Of a DNA stretch of 64,000 bases, positions 13,501 to 26,948 are shown one piece after another. The DNA comes from Octopus sinensis. Lineage: Eukaryota. The stretch's first letter is position 1, and every line of letters begins with the position of its first letter. The DNA lies in assembly GCF_006345805.1 (NCBI RefSeq), contig NC_043006.1, positions 37,572,001 to 37,636,000 of the forward strand, read 5' to 3'. The translations under genes were made by a program, and so were the position numbers. The notes below the pieces were generated by a model. That model ran no database searches and had not been told where the DNA came from. It worked only from the letters and a program-made list of their open reading frames with translations.

Positions 13501-13925
13501 TAACCTGCATATGTCCCCAATAACACTTGACAATCGATGTTTGTTTATTTAGGTTCCCATAAGTTAGTGGTTCGAGGCAAGAGGCTAACAGAATGATTAC
13601 CAGACTTGAAAAAATAAGCACTGAGGTCAATTTGCTTGACTAAACACAGCATGGTCGCAGCCCAATGACTGAAATAAATAAAAGATGAAATACATATATA
13701 TATATATTGTCGTTGAATGCTCGAAATGAGGAGTAGATAGACAGTCGACAACTGATGAAGGGTCCTCTCTCTGTGTTTACTTGTCCTGTTTTCCTTTTTT
13801 TCTCCTGTTGTTTAGGTATTGCACTCATATTTTCCTCGCTTGTTAACGTATTTCATGTTATTGCACCGTTGATGATGTTCTGCAACCTATATGCATATAT
13901 GTGTATATATACATGCATATATATA

Positions 13926-13980
<55 letters not shown>

Positions 13981-14125
13981 AGGCGCAGGGTGGATGTGTG
14001 GTAAGCTTACTTCGCAACATATGGTTCCGGATTCAGTCCCATTGTGTGGCACCTCTACTATAGCCCGGGCCGACCAAAGCCTTGTAATTGGATTTGGTAG
14101 ACGAAAACTGAAAGAAGCCTGTCAT

Positions 14126-14162
<37 letters not shown>

Positions 14163-14288
14163 CATATAAAAAATATATATATGTATATGTATTATATATG
14201 TATATATATATTATATATAATATGTGTATATATTATATATATATATACATTATACATATATATATACATACATACATACATACATACA

Positions 14289-14324
<36 letters not shown>

Positions 14325-14578
14325 TATATATACATATATATATGTATGTATATGTATGTATATATATGTTTGTATGCATTTGTTATCTCTCTGTGTTTGT
14401 CCCCCCCCACCATCACTTGACAACTGATGCTGGTGTGTTTACGTTCCCGTCACTTAGCGGTTCGGCAAAATTTATCGACAGAATAAGTACTAGGCTTACA
14501 AAGAATAAGTCTTGCGGTCGATTTCTTCGACTAAAGATGGTATTCCGTCATGGCCGCGGTCAAAAGAATAAAAGATTA
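13981..14578 (+). mobile_element. S2 SINE with expanded internal microsatellite
   Basis: AGGCGCAGG head, core, ~290-bp CA/TA/CATA block, 3' half. Confidence 0.85.
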
Positions 14579-14661
14579 TATATATGTGTGTGTGTGTGTG
14601 CGTGTGTGTGTGTAAACTCTCGGACCTTGAGTCATACTGATACTTCCACTACATATTAATA

Positions 14662-16180
14662 ACTAGCAGTATAACCCGGCCTTGCCCGGGATTAAGTTAC
14701 GATTATTAAGCTAATCAAGTTCTTTATTTCAAACCAAACTAAGTAATATAGACGTCAAATTGGGCGAAATACGTTGAAATTAGTTATATTATATATATAT
14801 TATATATTTTATATATTATATATATTATATATATATATATATATATAATATAATATAATATATATGGGTAACAGACACGAACACACATGCACACACGTAC
14901 GTACGTAACCTGTTGCATGTTTTGTGCACGCATACATATTCATAAACAGAAATGAATGGAAAAAATGTTGTTAATTTTTTAGATTAACACTCGCACGATT
15001 TTCACTAAAGTATATATACTACTAGCAGCATAACCCGGCCTTGCCCGGGATTAAGTTACGATTATTAAGCTAATCAAGTTCTTTATTTCGAACCAAACTA
15101 GGTAATATCGACGTCACATTTGGGAGAAATATGTTGAAATTAGTTATATTATATATATATATATTATATTATAATATAATATAATATAATATAATATAAT
15201 ATAATATAATATAAATATATATGGGCAACAGACACGGACACACATACACACACGTACGTACGTACACCTATTGCGTGTTTTGTGTACGCATACTTGTTCA
15301 TAAACAGAAATGAATGGAAAAAATGTTGTTAAATTTGTAGATTAACACTCGCACTATTTTCACTAAGAAAAAAAATCGTTTTTTTTTTTGTGTGGAATCA
15401 ACTACTCTGGCCTCCTAATATGCTACAAAACCCTTTTTGTCGTTCGTGAAACGGAGTGGGGTGCGGTGGAAGCCTCGCAAATTGTACCCATTTATATTGT
15501 GTAATTCACTGACAAATTGTTACCTACCTCTTTGTTTCTTTGCTGTTAAATAAATGGATTGTCAACAAAACACATTTTTACTCGGCGTAAAATAAATATA
15601 AAACTCTTTCGCACCCAAAGTAATGTGTGTGAGAGAGAGAGGGGAGAGAAAGATGAACGATTTAAAACAAATATATTGTAATTGTTGTGCGAGAAAGTAT
15701 ATATACTATGATTATAAAATATAATGTCTTTCAAAAACAACCTGAATTTGAACACTATATCTTGTGTTTAAGAAAAAACAAAACATTTTACATTTCATTT
15801 TTTATGAACGTCGTCACTTACTCTCTCTCTCTCCCTCTCTCTATCTCTCACTTTGTCTTTCCATTTTTTGTTTAGACGCTGTGAAACTGCTTCTCTTCCA
15901 CTTTTCTTTATCTTGTTTTTTTTTTGTTAGACGCCGTCAAAAAGCTATGGCTGAAAAAAAATTTTTATCGCTAAAAGTTATGGCTGAGTATAGATTTTTA
16001 CCGCTATCCGCGGGTGCCTCGGGAAAAAAATAAGTTGACAAAACCCAGATAGGGTTTTGACGAATGTCCTCCTAAAATATGGGCGACATGCGTGCTAATT
16101 TGTGGATGTGCATAAACTACAATCACGTACACACACAAACACACACACACACACATTTTGCCTTATATATATATACAGAT
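14662..16180 (+). mobile_element. Helentron-like element family H2 with tandemly duplicated 5' ~360 bp
   Basis: ACTAGCAG(T/C)ATAACCCGGCCTTGCCCGGG at 14662 and 15021; end ..CCTTATATATATATACAGAT at 16180. Confidence 0.55.
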
Positions 16181-16443
16181 GATTATAAAATATAGTGTCT
16201 TTCAAAAACAAAAAACAAAACATTATACATTTTATTTTTTATGAACGTCATAACTTACTCTCTTACACACATCCTCCCTTTTATAGATATGTGTGTGCGT
16301 GCGTGTATATGTGTATGCATTTACACATACACACGCTTGAATCGGTTAATTCAACTAAATCCTTCAAGGCGGTGCCTCAGCTTGGCTACAGTCTACTGAC
16401 TAACAAGTAACAAATAGAAGATATATATAATATTATATATATA

Positions 16444-16479
<36 letters not shown>

Positions 16480-16884
16480 GAGAGTGCATGTATGACTATG
16501 TTCGTATATATACATTATCTCTCTCTCACACACACGTACACACGTAATATACAAACACACGCACACACACAAAAGAAATTCGTTTAGAAACATACTTTTC
16601 ATAGCAGAGCGAAGGTTTTTTTCATTCTTTTCCTTTTTTCTTCATTTTTCTTTTTTCTTTTTCTTGCTTTATTTTTTTAAAGTTACATACATGTACGTTT
16701 AGATAATCGGACGATGATGATCTAAAAATATCAAAAGGAGAAATGCATATGTGGCTGTGCTATCTATGTTTTACGTGTTTGTGGTACCGTCGTATGCATC
16801 TCACCACAGGACGCTTAAAACTAAGTCAGCAGCATCACTAGACAGCTTTAAGGAGATTTTCTGTCTGTCTTTAATATTTAGTGC

Positions 16885-17775
16885 CCCGTCAAGGCGAAGA
16901 AATTGCAAAATCGGGGTCGATAAATTAAGTACCAGTTGCATACTGAGGTCCATTTAATCTCCAAAAATTTCGGGCCTGGAGTGCCTTGGATAGGAAAGAA
17001 TATTTAGTGCTCCGTCAAGGCGGAGAGCTGGCAGAAACGTTAGCACGTCGGGTGAAATGCTTAGCGGTATTTCGTCTGCTGCTACGTTCTGAGTTCAAAT
17101 TCCACCGACGTCGGCTTTGCTTTTCATCCTTTCGGGGTCGATAAATTAAGTACCAGTTACACACTGAGTTCGATGTAATCGACTTAATCCGTTTGTCTGT
17201 CGTTGTTTGTCCCCTCTGTGTTTAGCTCCTTGTGGGTAGTAAAGAAATAGGTATTTCGGCTGCCGTTACGTTCTGAGTTCAAATTCTGTCGAGGTCGACT
17301 TTGACTTCCATCCTTTCGGGTTCGATTAAATAAGTACCAGTTACGCATTGGGGTCGATATAATCGACTTAATCCGTTTGTCCCCTCTGTGTTTAGCCTCT
17401 TGTGGGTAGTAAAGAAATAGGTATTTCATCTGTCTTTACGTTCTGAGTTCAAATTCCGCCGATGTCAACTTTGCCTTTCATCCTTTCGCGGTCGATAAAT
17501 TAAGTACCAGTTACGCACTGGGTTCGATGTAAACGACTTAATCCCTTTGTCTGTCCTTGGCAATAAAGAAATAAGAAACGTTAGCACGCTGAGAAAATTG
17601 ATTAGCGGCATTTCAACTCTCTTTGCGTTTTGAGCTCGAGTTCCACCGAGGTCGACTTTACCTTTCGTCCTCTCAGGGTCGATAAATTAAGTATCAATGA
17701 AACACTGGAGTCCATGTAATCGACTAGTGTCATCCCCTCAAATTTCCGGACTTGTCCCTTTAGTAGAAAAGATTA
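16885..17775 (+). mobile_element. S1 SINE multimeric array (about 5 core units)
   Basis: Core TCATCCTTTCG(G/C)GGTCGATAAATTAAGTACCAG repeated at ~130-230-bp spacing. Confidence 0.85.
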
Positions 17776-18296
17776 TCAACCCATTAACTGCCATTTTTTA
17801 AAATTCATATATATTTTTTTGACTTTGCCAAGTGTCTTAGGAGTTAAAATAATATATAGTATTTAAATTTTCTTTATGTATGAATTATTTTGGGAATTAT
17901 GATAAATTTTTCGAAAAGTCCCAAATGGGGATCGCTGAAAAAAAGCACATTTATCCTTTTCTGTTCAATTACAATAATGAACATTCTAGTTGTTTTGAAA
18001 CTATAGTATCGAATGCGAATTTATATGAAATATCGATGAATGATATAGATGGGAAATGCAAAAAAAAAAAAAAGAGGAAGTTTTCAAAATAGTCATTATT
18101 TTTGTAATGCGATTTATGACATAAAATGTCCTCTAGCCAGAGCTAATAATGACAAACTTTAATTACTAAATATTGTTAAACACACCTCTGCAAATGCAAT
18201 GTGCATAAGCAATTCACTTTGAATACAACGAACAACCGACAGTGAGACTGTTTTTAGCAGATCTCCAAGTGGGGCTCATGGCAGGCAATGGGTTAA
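17776..18296. mobile_element. TTAA-type MITE
   Basis: tcaa-CCCATTAACTGCC ... GGCAGGCAATGGG-TTAA imperfect TIR. Confidence 0.55.
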
Positions 18297-18329
18297 GGAG
18301 ACTTTCTTTTTGTCTTTAATATGTAGTGC

Positions 18330-18700
18330 TCCACCAAGGCAACGAGCTGACAAAAACGTTAGCACACCGGGCGAAATGCTTAGCGTTATTTCGTCTGCCG
18401 TTACATTCTGAGTTCAAATTCTGCCGAGGTCGACTTTGCCTTTCATCCTTTCAGGGTCGATAAATTAAGTATCAGTTACGCACTGAGGTCGATGTAATCA
18501 ACTTAACTCCTTTGTCTGTCCTTGTTTGTCCACTCTATGTTTAACCCCTTGTGGGCAATAAAGAAATAAGAAACGTCAGCATGCCGGGCGAAATGCTTAA
18601 TTCAACAAATTAAGTACCTGTTGAGTATCGGCGTCGATGTAATCGACTGTCCCCCTACCCCAAATTTCAGGCCCTGTGTCTATGGCAGAAAGATTTATTG
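18330..18700 (+). mobile_element. S1 SINE
   Basis: S1 head, core and partial second unit. Confidence 0.8.
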
Positions 18701-19222
18701 CCTCAAATGAAAATTAGGACCTTCCTATTAACATCGGTGTGAAAATTCGAAATTGATTTCTTTTCTCTGTCTTGCTAAAAATTCTAAAATTACAAATCTT
18801 GTTAAAATTCTTTTAAACGATTTTGTTTTAAGACAAATAACTACATTTTTTATATTTACACAACATATATACAAGTAAACTCTGTTGAAATTTGTGTTTA
18901 AATTTTCTGATTCTAAAGCATAGAAATAAAAATAAATGTGTAACGAATGACGATAAAAATTTTTTTTTATGTAAATATTTTACATGTGTGTACGTGTGTA
19001 TATGTGTATGTATATATGTAAGTACATATGTGTATAAACAGAAATAGATATATTGGGACTCATACAGAGAACGATAGATTGACATTCAACAGCATAGCTA
19101 CATATATATTTATATAGGTAACTGAGTGCACACATATATGTATTTGTGTGTATGTGTATGTGTGTGTTTACATGAGCGTGAATATACATCATATGTATAT
19201 ATACATATATATATATATTATT

Positions 19223-19276
<54 letters not shown>

Positions 19277-19373
19277 ATGATATATATGATAGATATCACA
19301 TGATATATATATATAGATATAATAATATATATATATATATATATATATATCATGTGATTATGCATATCATGTA

Positions 19374-19645
19374 ATCATGTGATCGACCAGACTATCGGAT
19401 GTTATACATCGCTGGTCACAATGCGCTTTGCATTGCTTTAGCCTTCGAATGATGTGGTTAGGCTAACATTCCCCACTCACTCTTGTCGGAAGGCTAGTCC
19501 GTCGCAGGGTGACTCTTTTACAGCTGGGTGGACTGGAGCAACTGGAAAGGGATTGTTTTGCTCAGGAACACAACCCGACGCTCGGTCTGGGAATCGAACC
19601 CAAGACCTAGCGATCGTGAGTGCAACACCCTAACAACTAGTCCAC
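19374..19645 (-). mobile_element. S3-related SINE
   Basis: Reverse complement has B-box GGTTCGATTCCC and TGTGTTCCTGAGCAAAAC..CCAGTCCACCCAGCTG core. Confidence 0.7.
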
Positions 19646-19900
19646 ATGTATTATCTGAATATCTTTTACAGTTTACAAGGCAAAGGTTGACAGTGGATGA
19701 ATATGTGACACCGTAGATCGGAAATAACCACGAAATATCGATATATGTGAATCATTAATTTCCTGGGTGGTTTCGTTTCGCCTAGTTTTGACGCATGCTG
19801 TATTTTTTTTTTAACATGATACGTCTTTAAAGGGATCCCTCTCAGACGAAATACCGCAACTTTGCAGTGTTTATCAATACATACATTTTCTGTAGTATTA

Positions 19901-20301
19901 CTCTTTACTCTTTACTCTTTTACTCGTTTCAGTCATTTGACTGCGGCCATGCTGGAGCACCGCCTTTAGTCGAGCAAATCGACCCCAGGACTTATTCTTT
20001 GTAAGCCCAGTACTTATTCTATCGGTCTCTTTTGCCGAACCGCTAGATGACGGGGACGTAAACACACCAGCATCGGTTGGTGGGACAAACACAGACACAC
20101 AAACATATACACACACTTATATATATATACATATATACGACAGGCTTCTTTCAGTTTCCGTCTACCAAATCCACTCACAAGGCATTGGTCGGCCCGGGGC
20201 TATAGCAGAAGACACTTGCCCAAGATGCCACGCAGTGGGACTGAGCCCGGAACCATGTGGTTGGTTAGCAAGCTACTTACCACACAGCCACTCCTGCGCC
20301 T
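19901..20301 (-). mobile_element. S2 SINE, full length
   Basis: Head, core, internal microsatellite and tail all present. Confidence 0.9.
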
Positions 20302-20480
20302 ATTGGTAATGTTTACATTATTAACTGCTTCAAGTACAAAATTTCGAATGGTTGTCTATGTGTGTATGTGTGTGATTTTTCTTTTACTCTCAGTACCAGA
20401 CGTATGCTTCGCTCTCATTGGACAAATATATCCACTTTTGGGTGTTCGATATATTTGCGAAAATTCATCAATAGACCCGT

Positions 20481-20636
20481 AAATGGCTGTGTGGTAAAAA
20501 GCTTGCTTTCCAACCAAATGGATCCGGGTTCAGTCCCACAGCGTGGCACCTTAGGCATGTATCTTCTGCTATAGCCTCGAGCCGACCAAAGCCTTGTGGG
20601 TGGATTTTGTAACCGGAAACTGAAAGAAGTCGGTCG

Positions 20637-20712
<76 letters not shown>

Positions 20713-20922
20713 CGTGTGCGTGTACGTGTGTGTGTGTCTCCACCATCGCTTGACAACCGATGTTGGTGTGTTTACGTACCCCGTAAACTAGTAGTTCGGC
20801 AAAAAAAGACCGATAGAATAAGTACTAGGCTTACAAGGACTAAGTTCTTGAGTCGGTTTGTTCAACTAAAGTCGGTGCTCCAGCATGGGCGCAGTCGAAC
20901 GACTGAAACAAGTAAAAGAGTA
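20481..20922 (+). mobile_element. S2 SINE
   Basis: Internal (TG)n; inverted relative to the 19901-20301 copy. Confidence 0.85.
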
Positions 20923-21168
20923 AATGCGTCATAGGAATTAAATAACATTCGTATGAAATACGCAGCCACTTACGTTTCAATCATTTTGCTTATTAACGGG
21001 GTTAAACAGGATATGCGTGTCATATTCATAGTTAGTTCAGCTCTTCACTGCTATGTACGCAATTGTAAGGAATGAAGCAAGGTGCCTTTGTGTTTAAGAA
21101 TCCTGGAATGACCTCTGACCTACATATATACACGTTATATATATGTACATGTATGTATATACATATAT

Positions 21169-21226
<58 letters not shown>

Positions 21227-21289
21227 TAAAGTAAGACCCATGTTAAAGTGGAAATCCGTTAATATCCGAAAATTATAAACAAGCAAGCT

Positions 21290-21516
21290 TTAATGCGAGA
21301 AGATGGACTGAACAGGATTTATTACAAATCACTACAATTGTTTCTGCGCATCATTATCAGTCACCAATTGCTGACTGTTACATAAGTTATATGCAATATT
21401 AATACAATATTACGTATAATTTTTTAACATTCAGTGACTAACTTCTAATAAGGTTGCGGTGAAACATTTTTTTGTGATTTATAATAAATCCTGTTCAATC
21501 CATCTTCTCATATTAA
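21290..21516. mobile_element. MITE with ~38-bp TIR
   Basis: GAGAAGATGGACTGAACAGGATTTATTACAAATCAC versus its near reverse complement at ~21474-21510. Confidence 0.65.
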
Positions 21517-21521
21517 AATTT

Positions 21522-21571
<50 letters not shown>

Positions 21572-21576
<5 letters not shown>

Positions 21577-21779
21577 ATCCAAGCATGAAAACAAAGAGAA
21601 AACGCAACAACGCGAGGACGTGGAACAAATATAGTATTATTGGACGCTCATGAAGGAAGGGAAGAAGGAGGGTTTAACGTTTCGAGCAGAGCCCTTCGTC
21701 AGAAACATAGGAAAGGAAAAGATCCAGAGAAGGGAAGACGGAGGGGAAAAAATCGCCAACGGTACACACGCGGTCACAT
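21572..21779 (-). mobile_element. ~205-bp hammerhead-containing non-autonomous element, family B, copy 1
   Basis: Alignable end to end with 50243-50442 and 58289-58495; 3' end abuts (TA)n. Confidence 0.85.
21672..21706 (-). ncRNA. minimal type I hammerhead ribozyme motif, family B
   Basis: Minus strand GTTT-CTGACGA-A-GGGC-TCT-GCTC-GAAA-CG-TT-AAAC; helix II kept with one G.U. Confidence 0.7.
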
Positions 21780-21799
21780 TTTGAAATGTATATATGTAT

Positions 21800-22065
21800 A
21801 TATGAACTTATAACTTACATTTGTTCCGACCAAAGATTGGCCCAGGCCGTGTCTAACTTAATAGCACCACCCGATAGGATTTGCTAAATCCTTTTTAAGT
21901 CAAGTTTTGTGGTATCATGGCCCATTCGAGTAGGGAGTTCTTATTGAGTGAGTTGTATCCATGTATAGGTGGCTTATCTGGCATTGCTTGAAGAAATTTG
22001 TCCTTTTCTCTTTGATCTCTTTTGGAACAATGTTGACAACAATTACTCCTAGGTCTCCGGTATTA
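21800..22065 (-). mobile_element. CR1/Jockey-like LINE 3' fragment
   Basis: Minus strand reads VPKEIKEKDKFLQAMPDKPPIHGYNSLNKNSLLEW, resembling CR1-like ORF2 ends. Confidence 0.55.
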
Positions 22066-22117
22066 TTAGATGCTTTAGTCGAACAAATCGAACCCGGGAC
22101 TTATTCTACCAAATCAA

Positions 22118-22382
22118 CTCTTTTACTTGTTTCAGTCATTTGACTGTGGCCATACTGGAGCACCGCATTTTGTCGAGCAAATTAACCCCAAGACTTATTC
22201 TTTGTAAGCCTAGTACTTATTCTATCGGCCACTTTCGCTGAACCGATATGTTATGGTGACGTAAACACACCACCAGCATCGGTTGTCAAGCGATGTTGGG
22301 GGACAAAACACAGACACACAAACGTATACACATACATACATACATACATACATACATACATACTACATATAATACATACTAC

Positions 22383-22413
<31 letters not shown>

Positions 22414-22568
22414 ATATATATATATATATATATATATATCTATGATATATATATATATATATATACATACTACATATATAGCAATACATACATATCATTA
22501 CATACACGGGTACATCATACATACATAATATATATTATATATATATATATGTAGTCTTATATATATAT

Positions 22569-22632
<64 letters not shown>

Positions 22633-22802
22633 CATACATATATACGACGGGCTTCTTTCAGTTTTCCGTCTACCAAATCCACTCACAAGATTTTAGTCGG
22701 CCTGAGACTATAGTAGAAGACACTTGCCCAAGTTGCCACTCATTGGGACTGAACCCGGAACCATATGGTTCGTAAGCAAGCTACGTACCACACACCCACT
22801 CC
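22118..22802 (-). mobile_element. S2 SINE with ~330-bp internal microsatellite
   Basis: S2 halves flank a CATA/TA block. Confidence 0.85.
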
Positions 22803-23439
22803 ATGACGCATTATTTTGAGTCGTCCTTCATTCTCATATGGTTGAAGTCGGTTAAAATGCTCTCTTGGTTTATGGAGCATTTGTCATTTGTATTATTGCG
22901 TATTCTGCAATTGCTTCACTGCTTTCACTGGTAATCTTATTATGTTAGCTTAACACTTAATTACTGGTTTCTAGTTTTTGGGCGGTTCCGTAGCGCGCGT
23001 ATTGTGTGTGTGTATGTATGTACGTATGTGTGTGTGTGTGTCTGTCTGTGGATGTGCGTGTTTGTGTTTGTGTGTTTGCGTGAACATATATACATAAATA
23101 CATGCATAATTCATAAATTTTGGTTATATATATTCATGTGGTGTGTGTGTGTGTGTGTGTGTGCATGCAATCTATTAAACCTTATGCAAATATGATAGTC
23201 GAAAGGAAATCGGTGTTGATTCAAAGTCAGTGAGCAGCGATGACGAAACCGGCTTGACTTTCTATATTGACTCATGATAATGATTTTTATACTTCTTAAT
23301 TTCACCTCAAATCATTATTTGTATGTATATATCTTTGTTTTTATTTTTAAAAAAGCCATTACTTTTATACCTAGTGTGCATTTTCTTTGTCCCTTTTTAC
23401 TTTACCTATATATATATGTGTGTGTGTGTGTATATATAT

Positions 23440-23497
<58 letters not shown>

Positions 23498-24348
23498 AAA
23501 TAAGAACATGGAGAAATACATCTAAATCAATTATCAACTACCAGATAATACCCAATCACATACTTTATTAAACCGCTACATATGAACATTAAGGTCAAAC
23601 ATAATAATATAGAACAAAACAGTGTACATGAAGGAGTAATATGATACAATAAGTACAATATGTATAAGAGAATATAAATAAATATAAATAAATATAAATA
23701 TAAATATAAACTACATCTTACAGCTGTTTCGGCCATGCAGATATGGGTATCTCATTTTACTTATATTAGCCATGTGTGATAGGTCAATATGTAGTTATAA
23801 ATGAGACATTTACAAAAATATCCCAAGGTCTCTTCGGAGATTATGAAATACAAACCAAATTTAATATACAACCATATAAGTGTGGGTACATACCCATAAT
23901 ATATCATATACACATACATATGAGTGCATATACTCATACTCCTATACATATATATATATACATATACATAATAATAAAAATAATATAAATCAATAAACAT
24001 ACATATGTTCCATATTCAATGTTACAGTTTTTCAACTTAATATTATGATATTACAATGTAGAAAACATACACATATTAATACTCAAATGCAGATATACAG
24101 AGTCAAAAGTACATTATATTAATTTATATTAATTTACAAAATGTCATTAATGTTAACATCATTACTATTATCATTACCACTAATGCTACCAGTATCATTA
24201 TTCTTATTAATAACACTAATACTAGCAAAACAATATATAGATCACATTGTTAGCAACATAATAGCAAAACCAAGAACAACAATAGTACTACAGTACCATA
24301 TATACAGAGAGAGAGAGAGAGGCATATATACATATATAGATAGATACT

Positions 24349-25180
24349 TACGCGGTGGTGGTATCAAAAAGCTCCCGGATTAGTTCTGTAGCGCGACAAC
24401 TGTTGGCAGCACACTCTTGTGTGCGCAATGAAAGCTAACAGTGACCTTTTTGAGACAGTGTGTCGAGTGACATACTGCGTTCATTTCGTGAAATTTGTAT
24501 TCTTTTGCGTGAAATTTGTATTCTTTTGATTACATGTATTTTGTAGTCTGCGGTTTTGTCATGGAGAGGAACAAAGAGCCAACATGAAATTTTGCATTAA
24601 AATTGGGAAGTCTGCCACAGAGACATTGAGCATGCTTCGGTAAACTTATGGCGATGTGGCAGTGGGTCGTACACAATGTTTTGAGTGGCACAAGCACTTC
24701 AAAAGCGGAAGAAGTCCCTAGGAGACGATGAGCAATCTGGAAGACCTGCCACGAGCGTCACGCCCAGAAATGTGGTATTGTGCATCGAGAATTTGTCCTC
24801 CAAGGCCAGACCATCAAACTACTACGACATTTTGAAGCGTCTGGGGAAGACATTCAGTGAAAGCGACCGGATCTGTGGAGCGTGAAGAATCGGATTCTTC
24901 ACGACGGCAATGCACCCTGTCAACGAGTGAGTTTCTCGCCAAAAACAATAAGATATCGCTTCTGCACCCACCCTATTCGCCAGATTTAACACACACGGAC
25001 TTCTGTCTCTTTCCCTAGAAGAAAATGCAGCTCAGACGTCAGTGTATTAACACCCTTGATGAGATCCAGAGCGAATCGCAGGTCCTCGACTTGCTTACGG
25101 AAAGGAGAAAGCTAATTCGAAGACTACAGGTCCAATCCGTCACTGGAACTGTAAAAATCTGTAAAACTTTCCAGAAGTTT
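24349..25180 (+). pseudogene. internally deleted mariner transposon
   Basis: ANMKFCIKIGKSATETLSML..CFEWHKHFKSGR..DDEQSGRP N-terminal HTH region and HPPYSPDL..DFCLFP catalytic region, with stops and frameshifts. Confidence 0.85.
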
Positions 25181-25186
25181 ATCATT

Positions 25187-25271
<85 letters not shown>

Positions 25272-25284
25272 CTACATATACTTC

Positions 25285-25438
25285 CAGACAGAACCAAGGA
25301 AGTCCAGATCAGTGCTCCAAGACTGACTTGATACCAATCCCAAAATCAGGAAACCTCAGAACGAAACTGAAGGAATTGCACTGTCCAATATCTTATTCAA
25401 AGTCATCAACCGAATGATCCTCGACAGAATTCAACCAG
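25285..25438 (+). pseudogene. non-LTR (RTE-like) reverse transcriptase fragment
   Basis: TDLIPIPKSGNLR / GIALSNILFKVINRMILDRIQP with one frameshift, matching the RT N-terminal motif. Confidence 0.7.
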
Positions 25439-25562
25439 TGCTTATTATTTTTTTTTTTTTTCGCGTGGTGGTTTAGCAGAAAGTGCTTTGTGAGAGCTTG
25501 GCAGAGAGAGTACTATGGAAGTTGTAATGTTAAATTTTAAAAAATCTTGCGTAGTATCTTTT

Positions 25563-25843
25563 ATATTTATTTGTTTCAACCTTTAGACTGCAGCCATGCT
25601 GGAGCACCGCCTCGAAGATTTTTTGCAATCGAACGAATTGACCCCCCGAACATGCACAAATACACACACATACATATCTGACGGGTTTCTTGCAGTTACC
25701 GTCAACCAAATCCACTCATAAGGCTTTGGTCGACCCGAGACTGTTGTAGAAGACACTTGCTCAAGGCGTCACTCAAGGGGACTAAACCCGGAACCATGTT
25801 ATTAGGAAGCAAGCTTCTTACCATACAGTCACGTGTGCGCCTG
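25563..25843 (-). mobile_element. S2 SINE, internally deleted
   Basis: S2 tail and core. Confidence 0.75.
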
Positions 25844-26704
25844 TTGCCTGTGATTGCTTTGTGTATACCGTGAATAAAATTTTGAATCCTGATTTAGTTT
25901 TCCGTGTTTTCCTTTATTATAATTAATGCTCCAATTATTATTATTATTATTTCTAATTTTATTCCCTATATCCAGCTTATTTCTATTTTAGGAATCTTTG
26001 ATAGTTCTTGACTTATTTCTGGGTGCTATTTCCGTCCTCGATAATCATATCTTATCAGTTTGCCTTAACCTGCCTGTAAATCAAGACACGAATATCTCAG
26101 ATAGTTGATTGAAGCCCGATCGCTGCAGCGTATCATGGTCAATATAATTAATTAAAAGTCTTTGAAAGCAACGCTCCAGCATGACCACAAGTTAATGCCT
26201 AAAATAAATACATGTTAAAGATTTGTAATTACGTAGTCATTCATAATTCATTAAAACTTGATATGGGCGGTAAAACTGCTTAACTTCTTGAACATCCGCT
26301 TGTAATAACGTTTTTTTGTGTTTTTCTTCTTTCATAATTTCATTGTCCTATATTTTCTCTAATTCTTCTTGTGATTATGTTCCTTTATATCTTTTTTTAT
26401 TACTGTTTCTTCTATTTATTGTATTTGGGGTGTGGGATCGTAAAGTATTTATCATGATAAAGCAAAATTTCTCCCTTGTGCTTTTGCCAGCAAGCAGATA
26501 ATTAATGTAGCCAGCCGAAGGAAATTTAAGCCAGTACGCATATTTCTCTGCTGGTCTTACTGCCATCTCTGGACGAACTTGGTTCAGGCTTCGTATATCT
26601 GTTTCTTATATTTTCTCTCAAGTATAATTCTCGTTCTCCTTTTCTCCCTCCCTCCATCCATCTATGCATATATTTTGTGTGTATATGTATGTATAATATA
26701 TCTG

Positions 26705-26754
<50 letters not shown>

Positions 26755-26758
<4 letters not shown>

Positions 26759-26917
26759 CTTTAATTGTTTCAGTCATTGGATTACGGCCATGCTGGTGCA
26801 TCGCTTCAAAGGGCACAGTCGAACAAATCAACCCCAGTACTTTTTCTAAGTCATTTAATAGAGAGAGAGAGAAAGAGAAAGGGAGAGAGAGAGAAAGAGA
26901 GAGAGAGAGAAAGAGAA

Positions 26918-26948
<31 letters not shown>

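Noticed and set aside
16885-17775. Regularly spaced repeats that could suggest a CRISPR array
   Set aside because: The intervening sequences are homologous SINE sequence, not unique spacers; eukaryotic context and no cas genes
23711-23794. Minus-strand hammerhead (GAAACAGCTGTA-AGATGTAG with upstream CTACATAT)
   Set aside because: Helix I and the GAAA side are present, but there is no recognisable CUGANGA or matching helix II; at most a decayed relative of the 31.4 kb relic
26480-26595. Possible plus-strand exon after a pyrimidine tract
   Set aside because: Several AG choices, no strong donor and no recognisable peptide
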